Source: Polyangiaceae bacterium (GTDB lineage: Bacteria; Myxococcota_A; Polyangia; Polyangiales; Polyangiaceae). Taken from it: a stretch of 64,000 nucleotides of DNA. Positions 1 to 8,856 of this stretch are shown one piece after another (position 1 is the stretch's first letter; each line of letters opens with the position of its first letter). The notes below the pieces were generated by a model. That model saw only the letters and a list, made by a program, of their open reading frames with translations. It was not told the DNA's origin and did not search any database. The stretch spans positions 148,740 to 212,739 of the forward strand of contig JBILLK010000019.1 of assembly GCA_044376115.1 (NCBI GenBank). Reading direction: 5' to 3'. Made by a program: the position numbers and the translations under genes.

Positions 1-67
1 CGTACTCGAGGATGCCGTCATACTCGTGCACGTTCTGGCCCGGAGGGGCATCGGGGTGCTCCTTCAT
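1..67 (-). CDS. ccoP: cbb3-type cytochrome c oxidase subunit III, N-terminal fragment (runs off the window edge)
   Basis: Manual translation MKEHPDAPPGQNVHEYDGILEY carries the HEYDGIxE motif of the CcoP N-terminus; its ATG overlaps the stop of the upstream ccoQ-like gene (ATGA). Confidence 0.85.
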   Translation of the reverse strand, partial: MKEHPDAPPGQNVHEYDGILEY

Positions 68-246
68 AGGTCACCGTCCTTGTCATCGCTGAGGGGTAGA
101 ATCGCCAGTTGGTCGCACTCGGATTGCTTGCGTCCGAACGTGTTCAGCGCAATCAGCATGGCCGCGAAGCCGAAGAAGAAGAGTGCGACTGCCGGATAGG
201 CGAGTAGCGGACTGTCGTGAAACATCTGAGAAACTAAGCGGGACAT
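64..246 (-). CDS. ccoQ: CcoQ/FixQ-like small membrane subunit of cbb3 oxidase
   Basis: 60 aa, one TM segment, LPLxDD tail, GGAGG RBS before ATG 246, lies between ccoNO and ccoP. Confidence 0.7.
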   Translation of the reverse strand: MSRLVSQMFHDSPLLAYPAVALFFFGFAAMLIALNTFGRKQSECDQLAILPLSDDKDGDL

Positions 247-247
247 T

Positions 248-2548
248 TCAACCTCCTCCTGGGAGACCGAGGCATTGCAAGTAGGCGATGATCGCAACCA
301 TCTCGGACCGCGGATCCACTTTGATCTTCTGCTCGGCTAGGTCGGCCGTGATCTTCTCTGCTTGTTTGAGCGCTGCAGGCTCGGCCTGCTGCACGTCGGC
401 GACCGTGTACGGCACGCCGACCGAGCGAAGGGCTCGCAGTTTTCCTTCGGTGGCTTTGTAGTCCACCAAGTTGGTCTCGAATTGCGCATAGCTGGGCATG
501 TTGGAGCCGGCCGATAGCTGCGGTGGATTGATGAAGTGCTGGTAGTGCCAGGCGCTCGGGTTCTTATTGCCTTGTCGAGCAAGGTCAGGACCTGTTCGCT
601 TGGAGCCCCAGGTGAAGGGGTGGTCGTACTGCGAGTCCGCCATCATCGAGGCTTCGCCGTAGCGTTGCGTCTCGGTGGCGAAGGGGCGGATCATCTGCGA
701 GTGGCAGGTTGAACAGCCCTCGCGGATGTAGATGTCACGGCCTTCGAGTTCGAGCGCGGTGTAGGGCCTGGCGCCGGTCTTGTCGCCAGCCGCGGGGGCT
801 GCCATCAGCGCAGGGACAATCTGCACGACGCCGCCCACCAGCACCGCGCCTACTGTGAGGACCGTAAGGATCAGCGCGCGACCCTCGAGCAAACGATGCC
901 AAGACTTCTCGTGGTCGGTCGTGGCGGTGAGGCGCTGGATGATGAAGCCGCCGAGGGCAACGGCAACGAAGAAGGCGAAGAAGGCTACACCGGTAATCGC
1001 GTCACCACGGCCCGCCAGCACCAGTAGCACAATTGCAACCACCGACAGTCCGAGCGGCGTGCCGAGCAGAATCGCGCGGGTCGAAGGATCCTTCTTCTTC
1101 TCCTCGGGGATCACGACCTCGACGCTGGTCTCGACCGGCGCGCCGGAACGAGCCGTCTGCACTAGGTTGACCACCATCATGATCATGCCGACGAAGTACA
1201 TCAGGCCGCCGACGAGTCGCACGTAGTACATCGGGCGGAGTGCGACGACCGTCTCGAGGAAGGTGTAGGTCAGGCTGCCGTCTTCGCGCGTCGCCTTCCA
1301 CATCAGGCCTTGGGTCACGCCAGCGACCCACATCGATACCATGTAGAGAACGATGCCGATGGTCGCGAGCCAGAAGTGGGCATTCGCCGACGACTCCGAC
1401 TTGAGCTTCGTCCCGTACAGCTTCGGAACTAAGTAGTAAAACATGCCGGCGGCCATGAAGCCGTTCCAGCCGAGGGCCCCGGAGTGCACGTGGCCGACGA
1501 TCCAATCGGTGTAGTGGGCGAGCCCGCTGACGCTGCGAATGGAGAGCAGGGGGCCTTCGAAAGTGGCCATGCCGTAGAAGGTCAATGCGGCTGCAAAGAA
1601 CTTCAGCACCGGGTCGCGACGCAGTTGCGCCCAAGCGCCACGCAGCGTGAAAAGGCCGTTGATCATGCCGCCCCAGCTGGGAGCCCACAACATCACGCTG
1701 AAGACCATACCGAGCGTCTGCAGCCAATCCGGCAGCGCCGTATTGAGCAAGTGATGGGGGCCGGCCCAGATGTAGAGAAACACCAAGGCCCAAAAGTGGA
1801 TGATCGAAAGCTTGTACGAATAGACCGGGCGATTGGCCGCCTTCGGTACGAAGTAGTACATGATGCCGAGGATCGGCGTAGTGAGGAAGAACGCTACTGC
1901 GTTATGGCCGTACCACCACTGAATCAGCGCGTCCTGCGTACCGCCGAATAGCGAGTAGCCCTTGATTGCACTCACCGGGATGGCGAGCGAATTGACGATG
2001 TGGAGGATGGCGATGGTGACGATGGTCGCGATGTAGAACCAGAGCCCAACGTACAGGTGCTTCTCGGCGCGCTTGGCCAACATCCAAAAGAAGTTGATGC
2101 CGAAGACCACCCAAACCAGCGCAATCGCGATGTCGATGGGCCACTCCAGCTCGGCGTACTCCTTACCGGAGGTGATACCGAGGGGCAGTGAGATGGCTGC
2201 GGCGACGATGATGGCCTGCCAGCCAAAGAAGTGAAACTTCGCCAGGAAGTCCGAGGGCAGGCGAGCCTTCATCAGCCGTTGCGATGAATAGTAAACGCCA
2301 GCGAACATCATGTTGCCGACGAAGGCGAAGATGGCTGCATTGGTATGCAGCGGGCGCAACCTGCCGTAGCTGAGGATCGGGTGAAGGTTGGCGCCTTGAA
2401 AGGCAAGTTGGGTTGCGACGATCACTCCCAAGAGGAGCGCCACCACGGCGAACGTGACCGAAGCCATGATGAACCACCGCACGACCCAGTCGTTGTAGGT
2501 GATGGTCACTCTTCTCTGAGCTTCTGCGGGTTTGGCTGTCTTTTTCAT
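248..2548 (-). CDS. ccoNO: Fused cbb3-type cytochrome c oxidase subunits I and II (CcoN-CcoO)
   Basis: CcoN motifs RLRPLHTNA, QWWYGHNAV, WAGPHHL, HVHSGALGW; CcoO motifs EGCSTCHSQMIRP (CxxCH) and WGSKRTGPDL. Confidence 0.97.
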   Translation of the reverse strand: MKKTAKPAEAQRRVTITYNDWVVRWFIMASVTFAVVALLLGVIVATQLAFQGANLHPILSYGRLRPLHTNAAIFAFVGNMMFAGVYYSSQRLMKARLPSDFLAKFHFFGWQAIIVAAAISLPLGITSGKEYAELEWPIDIAIALVWVVFGINFFWMLAKRAEKHLYVGLWFYIATIVTIAILHIVNSLAIPVSAIKGYSLFGGTQDALIQWWYGHNAVAFFLTTPILGIMYYFVPKAANRPVYSYKLSIIHFWALVFLYIWAGPHHLLNTALPDWLQTLGMVFSVMLWAPSWGGMINGLFTLRGAWAQLRRDPVLKFFAAALTFYGMATFEGPLLSIRSVSGLAHYTDWIVGHVHSGALGWNGFMAAGMFYYLVPKLYGTKLKSESSANAHFWLATIGIVLYMVSMWVAGVTQGLMWKATREDGSLTYTFLETVVALRPMYYVRLVGGLMYFVGMIMMVVNLVQTARSGAPVETSVEVVIPEEKKKDPSTRAILLGTPLGLSVVAIVLLVLAGRGDAITGVAFFAFFVAVALGGFIIQRLTATTDHEKSWHRLLEGRALILTVLTVGAVLVGGVVQIVPALMAAPAAGDKTGARPYTALELEGRDIYIREGCSTCHSQMIRPFATETQRYGEASMMADSQYDHPFTWGSKRTGPDLARQGNKNPSAWHYQHFINPPQLSAGSNMPSYAQFETNLVDYKATEGKLRALRSVGVPYTVADVQQAEPAALKQAEKITADLAEQKIKVDPRSEMVAIIAYLQCLGLPGGG

Positions 2549-2727
2549 AGCTGTTGGTCCGTCTGGCTTTCGGGCTTAACCGAGGGCTTCTGATCCTCGC
2601 GAAGCGGCAACAAAGCGAGTCTGAGGCTGTGCTGGTGATTTCCGTCGTTGGACGAGCGGAGGAACAGCAGCAGGCCAAGGGTCGTCAGGCACAGGCTGAC
2701 GAAGAGGCTGAGGTCGAGTGCGTCCAC
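2545..2727 (-). CDS. ccoS: cbb3 oxidase assembly protein CcoS/FixS
   Basis: 60 aa with an N-terminal TM segment and a RLALLPL motif, between ccoI and ccoN; ATGA overlap with ccoNO; GAAAGGA RBS. Confidence 0.8.
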   Translation of the reverse strand: MDALDLSLFVSLCLTTLGLLLFLRSSNDGNHQHSLRLALLPLREDQKPSVKPESQTDQQL

Positions 2728-5108
2728 AGGGTTCCTTTCGGGCCGATTGCCGCCATGACAATCGAGACCGAGATGAGGGTCGATAACGGCATTAAAATCG
2801 CCGCTGAGAGAGGGTTCATGGCACCGCTAAATGCGATAGTGAGCGCGATAACGTTGTAGCTGACGGCCCAGGTCAGACTGCGATCCTGGGCCTTCGCGAG
2901 GGCGCGGGCGCTGCGGAATAACTTCGCAATGGCGTTTACGCCGGGCCGAAGCAGGTAGAAGTCGGTGCGCGCGGCGAGGAAGGTGGTGCCGGCGACGGGC
3001 GTGCCAGCTGCATAGGCGGCGGTGGCCGCAAGTGCGTCATTGAGGCCATCCCCGACGAACAGCGACTTGCCTCCAAGCGACTTCACGATGGCAGCTTTGC
3101 TTTCCGGCGTCGCTTCGAAGAACACACGGCTCTCGGGGATGGCGCAGGTGCGAGCGACCCGCAGCGCGCGCTCTTCCGCGTCGCCCGTCGCGAGATAGGA
3201 GGTTAAATCGAGTTCGCCTAACTCACGCACGGTACGGCTCGCGTCGGCGAATAGGCAGTCCTCGGTCTTCGCTGCCAGCCGCACTTCGCCGTCCCGAGCG
3301 AACACGATGTCGAAGCTGGGGTCGGCGCCGAGCCAGCGCGGTGAGCCCAGGGCGTAGCTATGACCATCGAGCGAGACCACGAGGCCGCGACCGGCTTGCT
3401 CGTGCGTCGCGAGCTCGAGCCAGGGAGCGCTCTCGATCTCACGCAGCGCGGCGGCCAGCGCGACGGCTTTGGGGTGCCGCGAGCGTTGCGCGAGGTTGGC
3501 CAAGATGGCCCGCTCTCCGACCGGGAGGCCGAGCAGTTGCTGCCGAGTGGCCTCCGAGAGGCGGCTCTCGGTAAGCGTGCCGGTTTTGTCGAAGATCACC
3601 GTGCGAATCGCGAGCAAGCGCTCGAGCAGGGTGGAGGAGCGCACCAGCACGCCCTCTTGCCGCAGGCGCATCAACGTCAGCTCATTGGCGAGGGGCGTGG
3701 CAATGCCGAAGCCACAGGGGCAGGTCACCACCAAAATGGCGGTTAGCGTGCCCAGCGTGTCGAGCCAGTCCTGCGTACGGGCGTAGGCGATGGTCGCTCC
3801 GAGGGCGGCGACCAGCAGTACACCGATAACCCAGTAGCGAGAGATGAAGCGTTCGCGCGCTGATTGACTATCGGCGTAACGCTCATCGCGCACGGGGGTG
3901 CGCAGCAGCGGCAACAGGCGTGACTCCGCGAAGGCTTCGCTTGCGATCACGGTGATCGGGCTCGATTCGGCGTTGGCCATGCCTGCGAGCACGGGCGCGT
4001 TCTCCTGCAGCGTGCGCTCCTCCGATTCCCCGGTGAGCCAAGCCGCTGAGAAGCGAGCCTCGCTGGCGGCCAGCCGAGCCAGCACCGGGGAGACATCGCG
4101 GGGGGCGAGGATCAGCTCATCGCCGGGGCGAATCGATTCGGCGGGGACCACCTCGACCAGTGCGTCGGCACCGACTTGCTTGGTCTTACGTCGCACCAAG
4201 AGCGCGCCTGCTTCCGCGTCGGTTAGCAGCGTCGCGCGGTTCTTCTCGAGGACCCGCTCGCGCAAGAAGCGGCCGAGCAGCATCAGCGCGAGGAAGATGC
4301 TGATGGTGTCGAAGTAAACGGCGTCGTGACGCCCAGCCAGATAGAGGGCGACGCTTCCGCCATAGCCCGTTAGCAGGCCGACCACGATGGGAAGGTCGAG
4401 ATGCAGCATGCCGCGCCTCAGCCCTTGCCAAGCTCCGCGAAAGAAGACGGGACCACCAACCCAAAGGCTGATGCTGGCGAGCACCAACTCGAGAGTCATC
4501 AACGTGGATGAAAGTTGCGTGTCGGCGAGCCCGGCGTAGCGCGCCACGGCGAAGCTCATGATGTTGAGCCCCAGCGCGATCGACACGCCCATCCGCCACA
4601 ACAGGTCGTCGCTACGCGGGCGTGCGCCTGTTCGCTCTGGCCCCAATTGGTAGCCAAAGCGCTGCACGGTTTCGGCAAAGGCGAGCAGCGGAAAGTCCTT
4701 TTCCACCGTAAGCTCGACCGTGCCAAGCACCGGATTGACGACAATCGAGGCACCCTCGGCTGCGCGCTGGGTCAGCTCCTCAAGCAGCCAAACGCAGGCC
4801 GCGCAATTGATGCCCTCGATCGAGAGGTGCAACGTCGTGATGCCCTCGACGTTCGCGAGGTCACTGGCGGCGCGCTCCAGCCACATCCGGCCCATCGGAT
4901 CGGTGCCCGTCTCCCGCGCAGGCGGGATCGGGCAGTCCTTAAGATCGTAGAAGCGCTCCAAGCTCTGCTCGCGCATGAGCCGGTAGATGGATTCACAGCC
5001 GACGCAGCAGAACTCGGAAAGGCAGGGCGTGCTGCAGTGAAGACAGACCGTGGCGCTATTGGAACGAGTGTCTTTAGACAAAGAATCCACATCGGTGAGG
5101 CGGTTCAT
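2685..5108 (-). CDS. ccoI: Copper-translocating P1B-type ATPase CcoI/FixI
   Basis: N-terminal CLHC..C..CCVGC, HMA-like CAAC, TGES, CPC, DKTGTLT and GDGLND motifs; cco context. Confidence 0.93.
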   Translation of the reverse strand: MNRLTDVDSLSKDTRSNSATVCLHCSTPCLSEFCCVGCESIYRLMREQSLERFYDLKDCPIPPARETGTDPMGRMWLERAASDLANVEGITTLHLSIEGINCAACVWLLEELTQRAAEGASIVVNPVLGTVELTVEKDFPLLAFAETVQRFGYQLGPERTGARPRSDDLLWRMGVSIALGLNIMSFAVARYAGLADTQLSSTLMTLELVLASISLWVGGPVFFRGAWQGLRRGMLHLDLPIVVGLLTGYGGSVALYLAGRHDAVYFDTISIFLALMLLGRFLRERVLEKNRATLLTDAEAGALLVRRKTKQVGADALVEVVPAESIRPGDELILAPRDVSPVLARLAASEARFSAAWLTGESEERTLQENAPVLAGMANAESSPITVIASEAFAESRLLPLLRTPVRDERYADSQSARERFISRYWVIGVLLVAALGATIAYARTQDWLDTLGTLTAILVVTCPCGFGIATPLANELTLMRLRQEGVLVRSSTLLERLLAIRTVIFDKTGTLTESRLSEATRQQLLGLPVGERAILANLAQRSRHPKAVALAAALREIESAPWLELATHEQAGRGLVVSLDGHSYALGSPRWLGADPSFDIVFARDGEVRLAAKTEDCLFADASRTVRELGELDLTSYLATGDAEERALRVARTCAIPESRVFFEATPESKAAIVKSLGGKSLFVGDGLNDALAATAAYAAGTPVAGTTFLAARTDFYLLRPGVNAIAKLFRSARALAKAQDRSLTWAVSYNVIALTIAFSGAMNPLSAAILMPLSTLISVSIVMAAIGPKGTLWTHSTSASSSACA

Positions 5109-5150
5109 TCGCCCTCCGTGATCCCCCGTAGCGGTTGATGAGAAGTTGGT

Positions 5151-5804
5151 TCAGGTACCGGTCATGGCGTTCGACGCGTGCGGTCCCTCGGGACCACGAC
5201 CAGCCGACGAATAGACATGCGCGCGCACGTGGTACTGCGAGTGCCGAGTGCACCAAAGCTTGGCGCCGTTGCTGATCTGGCGGCTCGTCGCGCAATCAGG
5301 GCAGACAGGCTCAATCTCGGGGACGCGCCACTCCGCCTTGTGGTTCTTATCGCGCACCACGGTGACCTCACACCCAGCCAGGCGCACGACCTTCTCGGCT
5401 ACCGAGCCGAGCAGCATGCGCTTTAGGCCGCGCCGATTGTGCGAACCGAGCAAAATGCGGTCGGCGTTCAAGTGGGCCGCGAGCCAGACGATCTCGTCGG
5501 CGGGGTTACCGATCGAGCGGTGCGCTTCGACGCGGAGGAGCGGAAGCCGCGGTTCGCGCTTGCGGAACTCCTCGATGTTTTCGCTGATGGTGCGTGAGAA
5601 GTCTCCCATGTCGACCTGCGACATGGCGGCGTAGGGTGCGGTCGCGAGGTCTGAACCAACGGCAAAGGCCGGCGTGGCAACCGCCAGAATATGCAGGTCC
5701 GTGGGTTCATGGGCTGCAGCAACGGCGAGCGCCGCCTGCAACACAAACGACGATCCGACTTCAAGGTCGACTGCGGTGAGGAGGACGTACGGATGTTGAG
5801 ACAT
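5151..5804 (-). CDS. Universal stress protein with a C-terminal Cys/His extension
   Basis: GSHNRRGLKRMLLGSVAEKVVRLA USP signature; tail CPDC...WCTRH..H...H. Confidence 0.9.
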   Translation of the reverse strand: MSQHPYVLLTAVDLEVGSSFVLQAALAVAAAHEPTDLHILAVATPAFAVGSDLATAPYAAMSQVDMGDFSRTISENIEEFRKREPRLPLLRVEAHRSIGNPADEIVWLAAHLNADRILLGSHNRRGLKRMLLGSVAEKVVRLAGCEVTVVRDKNHKAEWRVPEIEPVCPDCATSRQISNGAKLWCTRHSQYHVRAHVYSSAGRGPEGPHASNAMTGT

Positions 5805-5816
5805 GCGACGCTCCTC

Positions 5817-5832
5817 AGCATGCGGCGTGCCA
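5817..5832 (-). promoter_or_regulatory. Putative sigma54 (-24/-12) promoter of the usp gene
   Basis: TGGCACGCCGCATGCT on the minus strand, exact GG-N10-GC spacing, -12 C 14 nt upstream of the ATG; a GAGGAG at 5811-5816 would lie upstream of the implied TSS, which lowers confidence. Confidence 0.45.
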
Positions 5833-5944
5833 CCGGCGCAGAAGCTGGGTTTAGGCTTGATCAGCGCTGCCCGGAGGTGTCGCGAGCACGCGGTTCAAGC
5901 TCGGCGGTGCAAAGGCTTCGGAGGGACGCAGTTCTTGCGCCGGC

Positions 5945-6493
5945 TCAGCGATCCCACTCCAGCCGAATGATTGCGCCATCGCGGGTGCGACGGGCAATTC
6001 CTCGGGGGTTGCTGCGACCAGCGGCGCGCAGCGTGCTCTCGATGCCCACACGCAAGCCGCGCAGAGCGAACTCGCTGATAGCGGGCCAGCCTTCAACCTC
6101 GATCTCGGCCTCGCGCGGTTGCGACTTGATGACCTTGGCGCTGCCTTGCTGGTACGCGCGTTTGAAGATCACCGGCGTCTTTGCGACCAGAAGGTTGTCG
6201 GAGGTGAGGCGCAAGAGCGCACGCCAAATGGTAGTCACGGCTTGGCCCACGACTTGGGACGCGATCTGGGTGTGAAGCTCCGCAACCGAGAGCTTCTGCG
6301 ACGGCGCGAGAAGCTCGTAGAGCCGCTCGAGCGCGTCGATGCGTACCCAAGAGAGCGGGGTGACGAGCCGCAGAGCTTCCTGGTCTTCGCGCATCAGCTG
6401 TTCGAACAGCTGGTCATAAAGAGCGGGTCCCACGCGGGTTTGCAGCGCTGCAATGTGACTGCGCACCATGGCACCGGAGATGTGTTCAACCAT
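5945..6493 (-). CDS. Hypothetical protein resembling myxobacterial DUF2378/V4R-like proteins
   Basis: 182 aa from ATG 6493, overlapping the upstream stop; pattern LSWV...WRALLRL...TPVIFKRAY..G recalled from that family. Confidence 0.55.
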   Translation of the reverse strand: MVEHISGAMVRSHIAALQTRVGPALYDQLFEQLMREDQEALRLVTPLSWVRIDALERLYELLAPSQKLSVAELHTQIASQVVGQAVTTIWRALLRLTSDNLLVAKTPVIFKRAYQQGSAKVIKSQPREAEIEVEGWPAISEFALRGLRVGIESTLRAAGRSNPRGIARRTRDGAIIRLEWDR

Positions 6494-7829
6494 CCGTTGC
6501 CCCCCGTTTGCGCAAAATCGAAGCAAACGAGCGAGTCTTGAGGTCTGAAAGCTCGAGGCCGAGACGCTCGGTCATTTCGACCGCATCGAGAGCTCCACAA
6601 TGGATGCCTCGCAAGAAGAAGTTGAGCAGCCCTTGTCCGGTTGCTGCGTCGTCGAAGGTGTGGCCCACGAGGGTCGCTCGTGAAGCGACCGAGAGGAAGT
6701 TTACGAGCCTCTCCACCATGGGCTCGAGCGATTTCAGGAAGAACGCGTAAACCGCTGCATAGCGAGCGGGTAGCTGGGCAGGGTGCAAGTCCCAGCCCTG
6801 ATAGAGCCCGCTGCGCAGTGCCCGCGTTACGTTGTCTGCATGCAGCCGAGACGCTGCAAGCATTGCAGCGCGATTGGCTACGCGCTGCTCTTGGCTGAGC
6901 TCGGCCGGACTGCCCCGATAGATCGGGACCGGCAGTACGTTGGTCGCGCCGTCGGAGAGGAACACGCCGCGGCCTGCCAAACTCACCTGCATGACTTCGC
7001 GCGCAAAATCGCATGCAGGGTGCGCCAGCGATTGGGCGGAGGCGACCACGTTACAGCTGGCAGTGTAGTCGTACGCACCGAAGTGCGCAGCGAAGCAACG
7101 CCCCTTCGCCGCTTGCACCAGGCGAGGCAAATTCGCCTGGCCTTCCGCATCGAAAAGCGCTTGCGGCGTCTCGACCATGAGCTCGATGCGCACGCTACCC
7201 TCGGGCAGCTTGGCTTCGGCCTCGAGCGAGCTGAGCAAGTCGGCGAGCACGGCTACCTGGGCCGGGATGGTCACTTTGGGGAGCGTGACCACGAAGTTGC
7301 TCGGCAAAGCTCCACCCAGCGTTGAAGCGAGCCTGCCGATGAAAAGCTCCAGCGTTCGAAAGGCGCGTGCGGAAGACTCTTCGCTGAACGACTTGATGCG
7401 CACGCCGACGAAGGGCGGCAACATCCCGGCCTGCTTGGCTGTGGCGAGTTCGGTGGCTGCCCGCACAGCTTCTGCGTCCTCCTCCTGATCCGAGCGCACG
7501 CCAAAGCCATCCTCGAAGTCGATGCGGAAGTCTTCGACGGGCTCGCTCTTGAGCTTGTGAGCCACGCGCTGGTAGAGCTGCTCCGCGGTCTTTCCGGAGA
7601 GGCCCAGCCCCAGCGCGTCGGAGAGCGCTGGCCCGTCGTCGGCCAGCTCGTTCAGCGCACGAAGCGCCAGCTCACCCAGCTTGCGAGGGGTGGTGGCTTT
7701 AAAAAGATGAGCGCCGCCGTATACAGTGTGTACCGGCTGGCGCTCCAGAAGGTCCCCGGGATAGTCGCGACGAAAGGCTGCGTTTGCCCGCTTGAGCTCC
7801 AGCGCAAGTCGAGTTCGCGTCGCCACCAA
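6486..7829 (-). CDS. HpcH/HpaI aldolase / citrate lyase-like enzyme (DUF6986-type)
   Basis: QPVHTVYGGAHLF, RIDFEDGFG, LPKV, ELMVET, HFGAYDY, QGWDLHP; start re-chosen at TTG 7829 (or GTG 7826) just after the upstream stop. Confidence 0.75.
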   Translation of the reverse strand: MVATRTRLALELKRANAAFRRDYPGDLLERQPVHTVYGGAHLFKATTPRKLGELALRALNELADDGPALSDALGLGLSGKTAEQLYQRVAHKLKSEPVEDFRIDFEDGFGVRSDQEEDAEAVRAATELATAKQAGMLPPFVGVRIKSFSEESSARAFRTLELFIGRLASTLGGALPSNFVVTLPKVTIPAQVAVLADLLSSLEAEAKLPEGSVRIELMVETPQALFDAEGQANLPRLVQAAKGRCFAAHFGAYDYTASCNVVASAQSLAHPACDFAREVMQVSLAGRGVFLSDGATNVLPVPIYRGSPAELSQEQRVANRAAMLAASRLHADNVTRALRSGLYQGWDLHPAQLPARYAAVYAFFLKSLEPMVERLVNFLSVASRATLVGHTFDDAATGQGLLNFFLRGIHCGALDAVEMTERLGLELSDLKTRSFASILRKRGATDG

Positions 7830-7839
7830 GGTCAGCCCC

Positions 7840-8775
7840 TCAGAACCCGCAGTTGGCGCGCATGCGTTCGGCACCGAGCCAGCGAGCCGCCTTGCGCTTG
7901 GCGATGGTGTTGGGCAGGCGCTGATAGGGATCCCCATCGCCAGCCGCGAGCACCTCTTCCAGCGTCTTTACATAGTTATCTTTGTCTTTGGTATTGCAGT
8001 AGTAGCGCACTGCGAGCTGCACCTTAGGCAGCAGGCTCTTGCCTTCAGAGATGGCGAGGGCCTTGTCGAACAGGCCCTTGGCCTCGTCGAGTTCGGCCAT
8101 CGGCGTACGCGCATGGAACGAGGCCAGCACCACATAGCCGGAGCCGTTCATGTACGTCGGATCCAGCTCGACGCTCTTCTCCATCAGAGCAACGCCCACG
8201 TACAGTTCTCCGACGAGCTCGGGCTTCTCTTTCGCCACGTTCACGCGACCAACCCAGGCGTTTCCAAGCCAGAACAGCTTCTCTGCGTCTTCCGGATCCT
8301 CGAAGTTCGCCAAGTAAGCTTTCATCGTATCGAGGTTGCGAGTCGCCTCTTTGAAGCCGGGCACGTCCTGCTCGACCAATTGCGTTCCGTACCAGATCGA
8401 ACGCTCATACGCCTGTTCGGCGCGGCGCTTGTGGTAGTCCCAGTTGGCCCCGGTTCCCTCCGCATCTTCGGTGGTTTCCATCGAGTCTTCGATGAAGCCG
8501 AAGGACACGCTGGCCCACGAACGCGTGAGCATGAACAGCGCATCCTCGTTCTCCGGAGCCAAGAAGCGCATGCCTTCAATCTGCGCGAGACCGGCCATTG
8601 CAGCCTTCTCGGCCACTTCGTAGTCCCCGATGGTGTTAACCGCGACGCTGGCTTTGCGCGTCGACGAGATTTGACCATCCAATAGGATTTTCTTGATGCA
8701 ACCGCTGGTGCCTAGTGAAGAGAGGGCGAGCAACGCGGCGGGAACGAGGGTCGATAGACGGGCCATAGGCCGCAT
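7840..8775 (-). CDS. TRAP transporter TatT-component family lipoprotein
   Basis: Lipobox-like TSGC; TPR-like helices; LFWLG.AW, ELDPTYMNGS and RLPNTIAKRKA motifs typical of TatT. Confidence 0.8.
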   Translation of the reverse strand: MRPMARLSTLVPAALLALSSLGTSGCIKKILLDGQISSTRKASVAVNTIGDYEVAEKAAMAGLAQIEGMRFLAPENEDALFMLTRSWASVSFGFIEDSMETTEDAEGTGANWDYHKRRAEQAYERSIWYGTQLVEQDVPGFKEATRNLDTMKAYLANFEDPEDAEKLFWLGNAWVGRVNVAKEKPELVGELYVGVALMEKSVELDPTYMNGSGYVVLASFHARTPMAELDEAKGLFDKALAISEGKSLLPKVQLAVRYYCNTKDKDNYVKTLEEVLAAGDGDPYQRLPNTIAKRKAARWLGAERMRANCGF

Positions 8776-8856
8776 GCGTACCCAAACCTGAGCCAGCTAG
8801 CAACTGGGACCAGGTGTTGATTGCGTACGGGCAACGGCTGTGGTCCGTTCTCGAAG

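Noticed and set aside
2685..2727. 43-nt overlap of ccoI and ccoS as a possible frameshift
   Set aside because: CcoI is complete through its last TM helices and ccoS has its own RBS; such overlaps are ordinary in GC-rich genomes.
5109..5150. FNR/FixK box upstream of ccoI
   Set aside because: Only a TTGAT half site is present; there is no TTGAT-N4-ATCAA palindrome.
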